A DNA stretch of 64,000 bases from Octopus sinensis (lineage: Eukaryota), in contig NC_043009.1 in assembly GCF_006345805.1 (NCBI RefSeq), positions 2,046,001-2,110,000 on the forward strand, written 5' to 3'. Of the stretch, positions 14,134 to 25,122 are shown one piece after another. A program made the position numbers and the translations under genes. Below the pieces are notes generated by a model that worked only from the letters and a program-made list of their open reading frames with translations, was not told the DNA's origin and searched no databases. The stretch's first letter is position 1. Every line of letters begins with the position of its first letter.

Positions 14134-14590
14134 TTCGCGTGTGTATGTGAGAGAGAAAGTGGGTTAGAAAGAGAGTTGGAGACACTGGGTGAAGGTTTGT
14201 GTCATGATGATTGACGTATTTGTACGAAGTAAGAGAGACAGCATAGCGAAAGTTTTGGCTGACTGACATCCTGTACTCCCCTTGTTGCTAGCGAAATGGT
14301 ATATGCCGGCTGTGTGAGCAACTGGTTGTTTTAATGGCGGAAGAAACTGGGGAATTCCATTAGAAAAAGTTTTAATCGATTTTCTCGGTAAGTATGGGGG
14401 ATACGAAAAAAATTCCAATCTACGCATCCCAATCTATGTACCCGTCTCCACACGTGCGCCATTTTGTGCGTGAATCCACCCAGCCGTTTGGCTGTGAACC
14501 TCAAGACAAGAAAGAATACAACGATTGCCCACGTCCAATTTATATTATATTATATTATATATATATATATATATTATATATATATATATA

Positions 14591-14752
14591 GATGTATGCA
14601 TGTATCTGTATATATGTATATATATGTGTGTGTGAGTATATAAAAGAACGATGTTACTTCTAAAAATAATAACGTTAGTGACCGCGACGTAAAGGAAAAT
14701 TAATAATTTTAGCGAAGCAGGTACTAATTTAATACATTAGTATATATATATT

Positions 14753-14788
<36 letters not shown>

Positions 14789-14937
14789 GATGTATGCATG
14801 TATCTGTATATATGTATATATATGTGTGTGTGAGTATATAAAAGAACGATGTTACTTCTAAAAATAATAACGTTAGTGACCGCGACGTAAAGGAAAATTA
14901 ATAATTTTAGCGAAGCAGGTACTAATTTAATACATTA

Positions 14938-14938
<1 letters not shown>
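14591..14938. repeat. Exact tandem duplication, period 198 bp (150-bp unique block plus (TA)n)
   Basis: gatgtatgca...aatacattag at 14591-14740 and 14789-14938. Confidence 0.95.
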
Positions 14939-14972
<34 letters not shown>

Positions 14973-14975
<3 letters not shown>

Positions 14976-15665
14976 GAAGTCTGATCAATAAGTATTCGGA
15001 CTGTTGCTATGATAGCAAAGCTAAAGCACGCAGAGTAAAGCCGCTTGGTAAAGTTTGTCCTTGAACTCCTAGTGCATGCGCACTAAGTTTTAACCCCCTA
15101 GCTCACTTTCGCTGTTTGCAACAGTGCTTGGAAGATGTATAGCGTGTGATCTTGCATTGACCAAGACAGAGAGAGTTGTTGTCATGGCGATATCTGCTTA
15201 GAGGCCTACGCAAAGTTACAGAAAATGTATGGAAAGAAGTATATGAGCTGCACACCAGAGTACGAATGATTCCGACGGTCCCAAAATGGCCGAAAAAAAT
15301 GTCGATAGTGACGAACGTTCTGGGAGACCCGTAACCAGCAGAACATACAAAAACATCGCAGATGTGTGTGCAGCTGTGAGGGAAAATCGTTGAATTAGTT
15401 ACGGTTCAGTTCAGTCCATTATCACTGAAGAATTGGGTATGAGACCCGTGTGTGCCAAGTTTGTGCCCAAACTGCTTTCAGCTGACCAAAAAGACACTCA
15501 GGTTTCAGTTGCACAAGATCTCTTTGTGTCAAGAACTAAGAAATTTTTTTGAAAACTTTGCGTAGCTCTGTGAGCAGGTATCGCCAAGTTTTTGGCAAAA
15601 TTTGATGCAGATTCTCTGCTCACCTTTATCTCTCATGTTCAAAGCGACGATCACATAATAGACAC
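14973..15665 (+). mobile_element. Internally deleted mariner-type DNA transposon relic
   Basis: TIR-like tgaagtctgatcaataagtattcggact after TA. Decayed transposase N-terminus: DERSGRP (~15310) and GMRPVCAKFVPKLLSADQK (~15436), with stops and frameshifts. Confidence 0.85.
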
Positions 15666-16073
15666 CTTCCTTCCAGCTTCTTGAACTACTAGTCTATTAA
15701 TAGATTAAAAGCGCTGTTAAAGATATTAAAGAATACAAGCATAAGTCCTTACAAAAAGGTGAATGAATAAAGTTATAGCACGAAGGTTGGGGTTTCATGG
15801 ACTATATTATAACAATTTACATGCAAGCATAATTGTATTATATGGAGGGGCTATCTTCTTTAGCTTAAGTTCGTATATATATATATATATATGATAGATA
15901 TTCTTGTGTGTGTGTGTCTGTGTGTGTGTGTGAGAGAGAGAGAGAAATAAAGAAAGACAGGGGGAGCGGGTGTTTTTCATATTAATATATAATTAATGAG
16001 TGCAGAGAAATTTTTAAAAGATAAATTTGGACAAGCTTCTCTTGCTATATTTCCATTGTTTGGTAATCTATAC

Positions 16074-16104
<31 letters not shown>

Positions 16105-16884
16105 TGTATGTATGTATATATATATATATATACATATATATACATATATATCTACAGGTTATCTGTCACTTTTTCATAACTCTATAATTTTAAGTAACCA
16201 CGTGATAAACTGCTTAGAGCGAGCCTGGCCGAAAATCAATTGATTGTTTAGTTTTCTCCGTCGATATTTTGAGTTCAAATCCTGCAGGGCCTATATAATA
16301 ATTGTCCAGTTAGGTACTGCGCTTATTTCATTTCGTAATTCCCCACCCATAATTCATGCTTAGCTTGGGGTCGTATATGTTATTAATATGTAATTTCTTT
16401 TATATGAAGACCTGGTTTTTCGGTGTTCTGTTTGCACGCCGTACTGCATAGCTTCAAGGAGCCCGTTTTCATCCGCTATATGTGAAAACAAAATCTCAAA
16501 TTATATTATCATAATAATATGAAGGTGTCCTTTCTTTTGGCGAAAAAGTATTACGAATATATCAAAATATTAAAGTACACTGATGCACACAGTCGAAGTT
16601 ACGTATTGCAGTACGTTCCTCTCTATAAGTAAGGCTACATTCTCGAGTATGCAGACACATTATGCCAGGTTTCTGGTTTCCATGGCTATATGTTCCCCAC
16701 TAGAACGCGAAGCCGGTACGTCGCAAGATTACTCATTTTGCGAGCTGACTGGATTGGAGCAACATGAAATGAAGTGTCGTTCTCAAGAACACAACGCGTC
16801 GCCCGGTTCAGGAATTGAAACCACAATCTTACGATCATTAATCCCAAATCCTAACCACTAACCCACCACTACGTTCATTTATGG

Positions 16885-17174
16885 TAGCGGTTCCCAAACC
16901 TTTTTTTGCGCTGCTGCTCCCTTGGTACCCAGGCCACATTTATAGCGCTCCACCCCACTCACCACCAGAAGCTCAGATCACTTTCGGCATCAAATTCAAA
17001 GCAACAAAATTTCACAAAGAAAACTTAACCTGATTAACCCATTATTTTGTTGTTTTTCAATCGTTTGCTCCCTTTTGGCCATCCCATTATTACCCTCACT
17101 CTCCTTCAGCGCCTACACACCAGATCGTTTCAACGCTCACAGAGGGGCAGTGCTGTTCACTTAGGGACCCATTC
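16885..17174. mobile_element. hAT-superfamily MITE (290 bp)
   Basis: Left TIR TAGCGGTTCCCAAA, degenerate right TIR TTAGGGACCCATTC, perfect 8-bp TSD ATTTATGG at 16877-16884 and 17175-17182. Confidence 0.85.
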
Positions 17175-17824
17175 ATTTATGGAATTAAAGACATATACGA
17201 AATTGAAACTGAAATTGAAACTTGGAAATGTTGCCGCTGACTTTTTGTGTATTCGGTGAGTGGCTCTTGTGGAAGAGTTTATAAACTCGTCTGTGTTGGA
17301 AATGATCAGAAATTTTCACAATTCTAAACTGCTCCTTACAATATGGTACAAACTGGACAACACGTGGCAGTTCGGTCCATTACACATTCGATAATTCCTT
17401 ATATTCAGGATTTTTTGTATAGTTGAAATCTAGAGAGTTACAATAGTCTTTTGTAGCCCACCCAAACTTCTGCTCTGCTACCGGCCACCCCAATCATAAA
17501 ATGTAAAAAAAAAAAACCCTGGCATTATAAAACAGAGATCATATTGTACGCAGTAATGGTATGTGAAGTTGACTCATTTTATTTATATATATCTGCTTAT
17601 TGTATCTTCTTTGTGTCATATACCTCGTTCGTTGCGACTATGTAGCCTTTAATCTAATCAAAATATCCTTGGCCTGAAGTGAAGCCAGCGGTATACACCT
17701 CACTTGGATTTTGCCACTTTTGAGCTTCCACTTTCTATGAAACACATGTAGCCCGGATTTTTCCACACTCCATTCCGTAACTGTTGTATTCTTTTTCGCA
17801 CAATCGGCAACCCTGGTCGCTTAC

Positions 17825-17918
17825 CGTGGAATATAAAAGGGGACCCCTTTTCTCATCATCGTCTTTCGATAAAGAATAATAATCCGCAAACATCCGTCTC
17901 AATGAACCACTGGTGTCC
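17825..17918 (-). CDS. Candidate 94-nt exon (DTSGSLRRMFADYYSLSKDDDEKRGPLLYST), product unknown
   Basis: ctttcag|G acceptor and ACG|GTAAGC donor; only one of three frames is open. No homology verified. Confidence 0.3.
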
Positions 17919-18134
17919 CTGAAAGTTGTCTTTATTTTATATTCACAACGGATCGTTCGAAGCTAACTTATAAGGTAAGGCTACTTTGGAGCCCTAGTAA
18001 TCCGTTACAGCACTTACCTGGCGTACCTAGTCGTTTACGTCACCTGTGAACTAAACCCACATATTTTGAACACACACACATATATAACTATAAATAAACA
18101 TATAATTACATATGTATATATATATATATATATA

Positions 18135-18290
18135 GACGCCGAAGTGGCTGTGCGGTAAGTAGCTTGTTTATCAACCACTTGGTGCCGGATTCAGTCCCAC
18201 TGCGTGGGAAGTTGAGCAAGTGTCTTCGAGTATAGCCTCGGGCCGACCAAAGCATTCTGAGTAGACGGAAACAGAAAGAAGCCCGTCGTA
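18135..18290 (+). mobile_element. tRNA-derived SINE, family B (gtggctgtgtggtaag...gggttcagtcccactgcgtgg...gaagcccgtcgtata)
   Basis: Same consensus at ~25397-25553, 26015-26176, 31395-31580(-), 32640-32775, 46400-46532, 57205-57345 and 57641-57804. Confidence 0.85.
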
Positions 18291-19227
18291 TATATATATA
18301 TGTACATGTAGAGGTAGGTACGTACATATATGTTTATATATATGCATATGTTCTATTTTATTAACATATTATACGACTAAACGCACGCACCCTATTAAGT
18401 AAGATTGTTCTGTTTATCAAGTTAGCCTTGATATTAACTCTCACGCGACTCTGCATCTTTCTTTCTTTCTCTCCCATTCCCTTTTTCGTCTTTTTTTCCC
18501 TCACTTAACTTGTCTCTTCCTCTCTCTCTCATTCTTCATTCTCTCTCTCCCTTTCACCATTCTTCATGGTCTCCTCGCACCATTCCCCTTCTTCTCTCTC
18601 TTCCTCTTGCTCCTCCTCCCCCATTCCGGTCGTCCATCTGCGACGATACTTCCGTCGTAACTGCTATCCTGTCTTTTCTCGCCCGCCTTGTAAGGCTTCT
18701 GGTCGACAAATTTTCCCTCTCTTGTCGTCCACGATAATCCAGCGTTTGCAATACTTTTTTCGTCTGGCGTTAACAGCCCTTCTTATCTTGTTCTCCTTGT
18801 CCTGTCTCTCACTGTTATATATTTATTTTTCCACTGTTTATATATATTTTTTTTACTGTTTATATGTTTGTACTGTCGTTACCGTCTTGCTTTTTTTTAC
18901 CCCTCTGCGAAAAGATCTCAGAATTTTAATTGATTTGCTTTTCGCGGGAAGGAATTTTTCTTCGAAGTATACGTCTCGCTTTTATCCTTCGAAACGTTTA
19001 GTAGATGAAATCTTAGCGACTGAAGAAGGGGATTTTTCGTTGTGCTTATTGTCCTGTATCTCTCCTTTTTTTTGCTTGTCTTGTTCCTTGGTTTGTGTCT
19101 ATGTGTTTCGTCTCTCTATGTGTTCAACGTCTTTTTGGTGTCCTGTACACATATATGCGTGTATATGTACATGTAGAGGTAGGTACGTACATATATGTTT
19201 ATATATATGCATATGTTCTATTTTATT

Positions 19228-19274
<47 letters not shown>

Positions 19275-19559
19275 TTTATGTATATATGTGTGTGTGTGTC
19301 TTTGTGCCTGTATTTTCCACCCTCACTACTGCTTGACAACCGTATTTATATATATATATATTTTCTTTTATTCTTTTCAGTCATTTGACTGCGGCCATGC
19401 TAGATCTATACCTTTCGTCGAATAAATCGACTCCATGATTAATTCCTTGTAATTATGGCACTTGATCTATCGGCCATTTTGCTGAACTGCTAGGTTACGG
19501 TTGTCAAGCAGTGGTGAGGTGGGGACAAACACAGGCACATATATACATATATATACATA

Positions 19560-19790
19560 ACGAGCTGGTAGAAACGTTAGCATGCCGGGCGATATGCTTA
19601 GCAGTATTTTGTCTGCCGCTACGTATTTTGTCTAAGTTCAAATCCCGACGACGTCGACTTTGCTTTTCACCCTTTCGGGGTCAATAAATAAAGTACCAGT
19701 TTCGCACTGGGGTCGATGTAATCGACTTAATACCTTTGTCTCTCCTTGTTTGTCCCTTCTATGTTTAGCCCCTTGTGGGCAGTAACGAAA
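19560..19790 (+). mobile_element. SINE family A copy
   Basis: cgagctggtagaaacgttagcatgccgggcg...aagttcaaatcccgacg...ggggtcgatgtaatcgac...tttagccccttgtggg. Confidence 0.85.
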
Positions 19791-19817
19791 TATATATACA
19801 TACAACTCTCTCTCTCA

Positions 19818-19857
<40 letters not shown>

Positions 19858-20613
19858 GTATACACACACACACAAACACATACACATATATATATATGCG
19901 AAGAAGTTAAATCATGCAGGACTAAGAAGTAACATACTGAATGACCTTAAAAGATGCAAACTTGTGCGTTATTTGTACAAACGTGCCGCAAGACTTTGCC
20001 CTACAGCTTGGAACATACACATCTGATTATATAAATGCACTCATTCACTTCTATATACCAAGATATCGATTTGCTCTTGCAATTCTTCGGTAATTGTTCC
20101 TGGAGTGGGCGTAAGTTGGAAGAACGTAAGAAAATGCGATGTAAAGCAATTTATGTAACAATTAAAAATATAAAAAGGCAGAAGTTAACGTTTTAATCAA
20201 CACTAAGTGCAGCAATAAGAATATGGTTCAGCAAAAATATTTTGGTTGCATGAATGCTAGAAATGTTCTGTGGTATATTCGATTATTAAGTTGGAAATCT
20301 ACTGAACATGTTCTGTCAGTCTGGATCGCTTTTTTTAACAAGATATTACATACATTGTTATGTAATGATAATATGTTGCATGTGCTGAAGTTACGGAAAG
20401 GATATGGACGGTAGTTCACTTGGTTTGACTGACTTGTCGTTCGATTTTGTTGAGTTCGTATTTGGTTGTGGCTTTCATATTAAGCTAGGAATGATTTTAC
20501 AATCGAGAACCTTAATTTATACTATTTATTAGATAAAAATATACTGTACGGTTTTATATATGTAAGTATGTATGTATACATGTTTGTATCTGTCTATCTC
20601 TGTATATATATAT

Positions 20614-20646
<33 letters not shown>

Positions 20647-20650
20647 ATAT

Positions 20651-20826
20651 ATAGGGAGAATTCACAAAAAAACCAACAAAAGGCGAAGACAGGTGGTGTA
20701 GACAACAAACAGATGTATTAGTATAACGCTCGGGAAGTGAAACAGTCTTTAACGATTCGAGCCTACGCTCTTCCACAGAAAGAATCAAGGATGGAAAATA
20801 AAGAATGTGTAGTGGCTAGCGATCTA

Positions 20827-20830
<4 letters not shown>
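20651..20830 (-). mobile_element. Short PLE-terminus-like insert between (TA)n tracts carrying an HHR-like motif
   Basis: Related copy on + at ~40225-40430. HHR-like fold at 20746-20783. Confidence 0.6.
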
Positions 20831-20889
<59 letters not shown>

Positions 20890-20945
20890 AAAAAATGAAG
20901 TTCGAAAATGCTGCTGTATTATACAATTTTTAATTTTTATATATA

Positions 20946-20991
20946 CATTATAACATGTTTCAGTTCCTGAAATGAACTTTATCAAAAAAAG
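20946..20991 (-). ncRNA. Type-I hammerhead-like motif with U3:A8 core
   Basis: Minus strand: cttttt TTGATAA AGTTC atttcag GAACT GAAAC AT GT T ataatg. 5-bp stem II, palindromic stem III, imperfect stem I (4 of 6 pairs). Confidence 0.55.
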
Positions 20992-21372
20992 TTATATATA
21001 AAAAAAGACAGCTCATGCCGTCAAACACAAGAAATTCATTTATAATACACAACGGAGTCAGACATCTTAGAGTTCATGTATAGTTGATATATAGTTTGAA
21101 GTATATGTTCAAAGTGTTCGATGCAGTGGCCCACGGTGACGATACGTATTCAATACAAAAAACAGATCAAAGTGGTGGAAAGCGGTCAATACAGAAGATT
21201 GATGTTTCCGAAAGAGCGAGGAATTCATTTTTACCTTAAGCAAATGTGATGACTCATGGTGGATGTTCGCTGGGTGGTTCTAATGAGTTTTTGTGAAGTG
21301 CTCGGTTTTATAATGCCTGTTAGGTTGCCAGTTAGCGTGGTCAAATCCAGTTCGTAGCGTAGTCTCACGTTT

Positions 21373-21800
21373 TTTGACCAATCGCTTTATAACTGCCTCT
21401 TGTTTGTTTCCTGGACTTTAGTCAAGTAGAACGGGACGTCATCATTATTTTGACCAATCGCTGCATTATAACTGCCTCTTGTTTGTTTCCTGTTTTGACC
21501 AGTCGCTTCGTTAGTCAAGTAGAACGGGACGTCATCATTATTTTGACCAATCGCTGCTTATAACTGCCTCTTGTTTGTTTCCTGTTTTGACCAGTCGCTT
21601 CGTTAGTCAAGCAGAACGGACGTCATGCAGATTCTGCCCAATCACGACTTATAGCTACATTAGATCTGCCCCTGTCTGTACTTGTTAGGTGACTATTCAA
21701 GCAGAAAAGGACGTCATCAATATTCTGACTAATGACTGTCCCCTGTTTGTATCCTGTCCATTCTAGGTGAGCTAGACGTCATCAACTTGTTGACCAATCA
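21373..21800. repeat. Degenerate 76-93-bp tandem repeats in the PLE 3' UTR, each with CCAATC and GACGTCAT
   Basis: tgaccaatcgct at 21375, 21451 and 21544. GACGTCAT at about 21436, 21528, 21619, 21710 and 21775. Confidence 0.85.
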
Positions 21801-23117
21801 GAATCGGGTCTGACCCTTAGCTGTATCGTATGTATCAGGGTCAGATTTGCACGAAAGAATTTTTTTCCTTTTTTACTTAGGCATATTTCCGTCAGAGTGA
21901 GTGTCTGTTTGAAGTAGCGGCCGTGGTGGAATTTTGCTTCTCCTTTTCGGAGGACTTATCTTTTGTTTTAGTATTCCTGGCCCAGGGTGTTTAAACTTTT
22001 TTTTATGAAATATAGTTCTTTATTTTGGCGTTGTGTGAAGGTTGCGTTGTCACTGAATTTATAGAGCGGGTTAGTTGTAAATTTCGGATTTACATTTCCA
22101 GCACATCTATCTATGTGTCCGCTGACCGGTATTTTGCGGTAATCAGGGTTTCTAATTTGTGATTTATGCACCGCCATCCTGTTACGTAAGCTATTTTTTG
22201 TATGGCCTATATACTGCCTATTGCAGCCTGCGCATGTTATGACGTAAATTAAGTTTTCTGATGCGCAGGTGAATTTTGTTCTAATGGTGAACTGGTGGCC
22301 TTGTTGCAGTATAAATTCTGATCCTTCTTTCAAGATGACACAGATTCCGCAGTTGGGCCTTCCACATTTTCTAACTGCTGGTTTTGTGGTTGATGTTGAG
22401 TGCAGTGTAGCTTGGGTTAAAATCCTTTTCAAGGATTTTGGTTGCCGTTTACTTTTAATGATGGTGTGTGTTTCGAGGATCCGGTTCATCTTTGGGTCTC
22501 CCTTTAGTAGGGCTGTGCTTTGTAGTATGGTGTTGAAGGCCTCATTGTTGAGTGGGTTGTGTGTAGAGATGTAGGGAAGGGTTTTTAATTGTTCTTTCTT
22601 TTTTGGTTTTTGTTTGTCTCAGGTCTTCTATACTTAATTTAAGTACCCGTTGGATTGCACTGTCTATTAGGGGCTGTGGATAGTTTTCTATTTGTGAGTG
22701 TGGTTCTAAGTTCCTGGAGACGTGTGTGTCGGGTGTTTGTGTCTGATATTATGGTGCAAATCCTTCTAGCTAAACAAAAAGGGACATTCATTCTAGTGTG
22801 TCGTGGGTGGCATGAATCAAAGGGTAGGTACTGTTTAGAGTCTGTCGGTTTATAGTAGATATCTGTCTCTATTTTGTTGTCGGTTTTCTTAATGAGGATG
22901 TCTAAAAATGGTAATTCTTTTTCGTTGTGGTCCATCGTGAATTGTATATTGTCATTTATTCCATTTAATAGTATTTTAAATTCCTCAAGTTTCTCTATAC
23001 CTTTGTCCCAGATGATGAAACAGTCATCGAGGTATCTTTTCCAGTTGTATATATATATATATATATATATACATATATGCATACATACATACACACACAC
23101 TCATACACACAACACGC

Positions 23118-23180
<63 letters not shown>

Positions 23181-23822
23181 TCATGATCCCAAGTAATGGT
23201 GTACTGAGGAGACCATATTAAGAGCAAAATAACGTTATCTACAGCTTCTAGAAAACTCAAATTGAGGAAAGGAATGGATTATATGGAAAGATTATTTTAT
23301 AAGTTCTCTCAGTCATAAGAAAAAGAGGACTCTAATGATAATAAAGAAAAAAAACCTTTGGTGGTTATCTTTCCTCAAAGGGAAAAGTAACACTCCTTTA
23401 TATTTCTTAGTAACTATTTTTCTCTCTATCTCTTACTCCGAATGCAACTGTAGGTTACAGCACCAACAGTCGCTAGTCAACAGTCGCTGTGTGTGTGTTT
23501 GTGCGTGTGAGTAAGTGTGTGCTCGTGAGCGGCCACAGCACGATGACGATCAACTTTAGTGGGCTCAATTTTAATCAGTGTACAATACATGCAGAATGAA
23601 TAAAGTTTAGCACCGATTCATGAAGAAAACGGTGCATAAACTCTCCTCCATAATGATTACACTTTGGTTCATTGTAGGAAACCTCCTCTTACTATTCAAT
23701 TTTCAAAACAGGACCTATCTTGTTCATTTTAATTTAATTTAATTTAATTTAAGCAATGCAGAGACCAAGATAAGAAACTGGGTACCGATATAGTGTGAAA
23801 AGGTGGCGTGGCGTAATTGCGT

Positions 23823-25086
23823 ATGAAATTTAAGTAGATGTAAGGATTGCGTCTTTCTCTCTCTAATTACGACTTCTGATAACTAATTAAGGATATCGTT
23901 TCCCGTTTGGATGCCAAACGAAAATATATAATCTTCACTTTCTTTGAACTTCTCTGGCTTGTATTTATTACCATTCAAACGTGCTTCATAAATAATGGTG
24001 AATCAAGAAGGAGTACCGTGGTGAAGTATTAGGAATAATAAAGGACTAAAAGATAGTGGTCATACCTGAAATTTGAAGTACAGATAGTTCGGAAGGTGAG
24101 ATAAAGTATTGATGATTATTATTTTGTTATTTTTGCTTAGTTTTGTCTTTTCAACGTTAAGGTCATCAACAAAAATTATCGACACTCGAGGGAACATCCT
24201 GAAAAGAAGTTACTTCGTTATGCGTTCAACGAAATATTTTATAGCAGAAGGGAAATACTTTGGCTGTCTTTCTCTCCAGACAACCTAAATTTCTGCAAGG
24301 ATGTCAGAGACCTTCGCAGGAAGGAAAACCGTATTTGAATGCGTGCCAGTCCAATAGCGGTTTCTCAAGCAGAGTTTAAAATGTTTCCGCAACACATATG
24401 GCTGAATTCCAATTAAAAGACGAGTGCAAGTGTGTAATAGTGGTTTAAGAGATATTCGCTTTAATCGTGAAAAGATCGTATCACATTATGTGAATTTGCT
24501 CTGTGGTCGGTAAGGTGTCTGCACAAAATATATCGCTTGTTTAGGTATTTACGACAGCAAAGTTAAAGATGCATGCTGGAAAAAAAAATAGAGTGGTATT
24601 TGAGAGGAGTTATAGAAGTTAAAAAAATGGCATCAAGGAGTTTTAGTTGACAGATAAGCAATATTATCAGCTACCATTATATATTAAATTCGTCCTGCCG
24701 GAACAAAGAAATGGTCAATGTAGGCATAGTTGCTTGCAATCTCGAGCTTCAGGTTGAGATCAACTGTGTTGAACTTTGGACAAGTGTCTTCTACCATCGC
24801 CCTGGACCGAATGGTTCCTATGAGAGAATTCTTTTGTAGACGGAAACTGTGATGTTTTGTACATGGATATCGTTTCCCGTTTAGATGCCAAACGAAAAAT
24901 ATATAGCTTAATTTTCACTTTCTTTGAACTTCTATGGCTTGTATTTATTACCATTCAAACGTGCTTCATAAATAATGGTAAATCACGAAGGAGCACTATG
25001 AGGAAGTATTCGGAGGTGCTGGGGGTAAGGTGTGTGTTACAGCTGGCTCGAAAGCTTGATATGAAGGAGTGAGAGAGAACTGAGGC

Positions 25087-25122
<36 letters not shown>

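Larger units (their letters stand above)
20888..23046 (-). mobile_element. 5'-truncated Penelope-like retroelement (Neptune-like): RT C-terminus, GIY-YIG endonuclease and ~1.1-kb 3' UTR
   Basis: WKRYLDDCFIIW, LPFLDILI, YYKPTDSKQYLPFDSCHP (ORF 22639..23100); Cys-rich linker CGRPNCGIC; NLIYVITCAGCNRQYIGHT...RMAVH (ORF 21968..22489). (TA)n on both flanks. Confidence 0.92.

Noticed and set aside
18566-19336. 256-aa plus-strand ORF
   Set aside because: Built from pyrimidine-rich and microsatellite stretches, with no recognisable domain.
21373-21800. CRISPR-like repeat/spacer array
   Set aside because: Eukaryotic context, the inter-repeat sequences are themselves homologous, and there are no cas genes.
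24150-24190. Dynein AAA motif (IIFVDDLN)
   Set aside because: The surrounding residues do not continue the dynein pattern, and the match is short.
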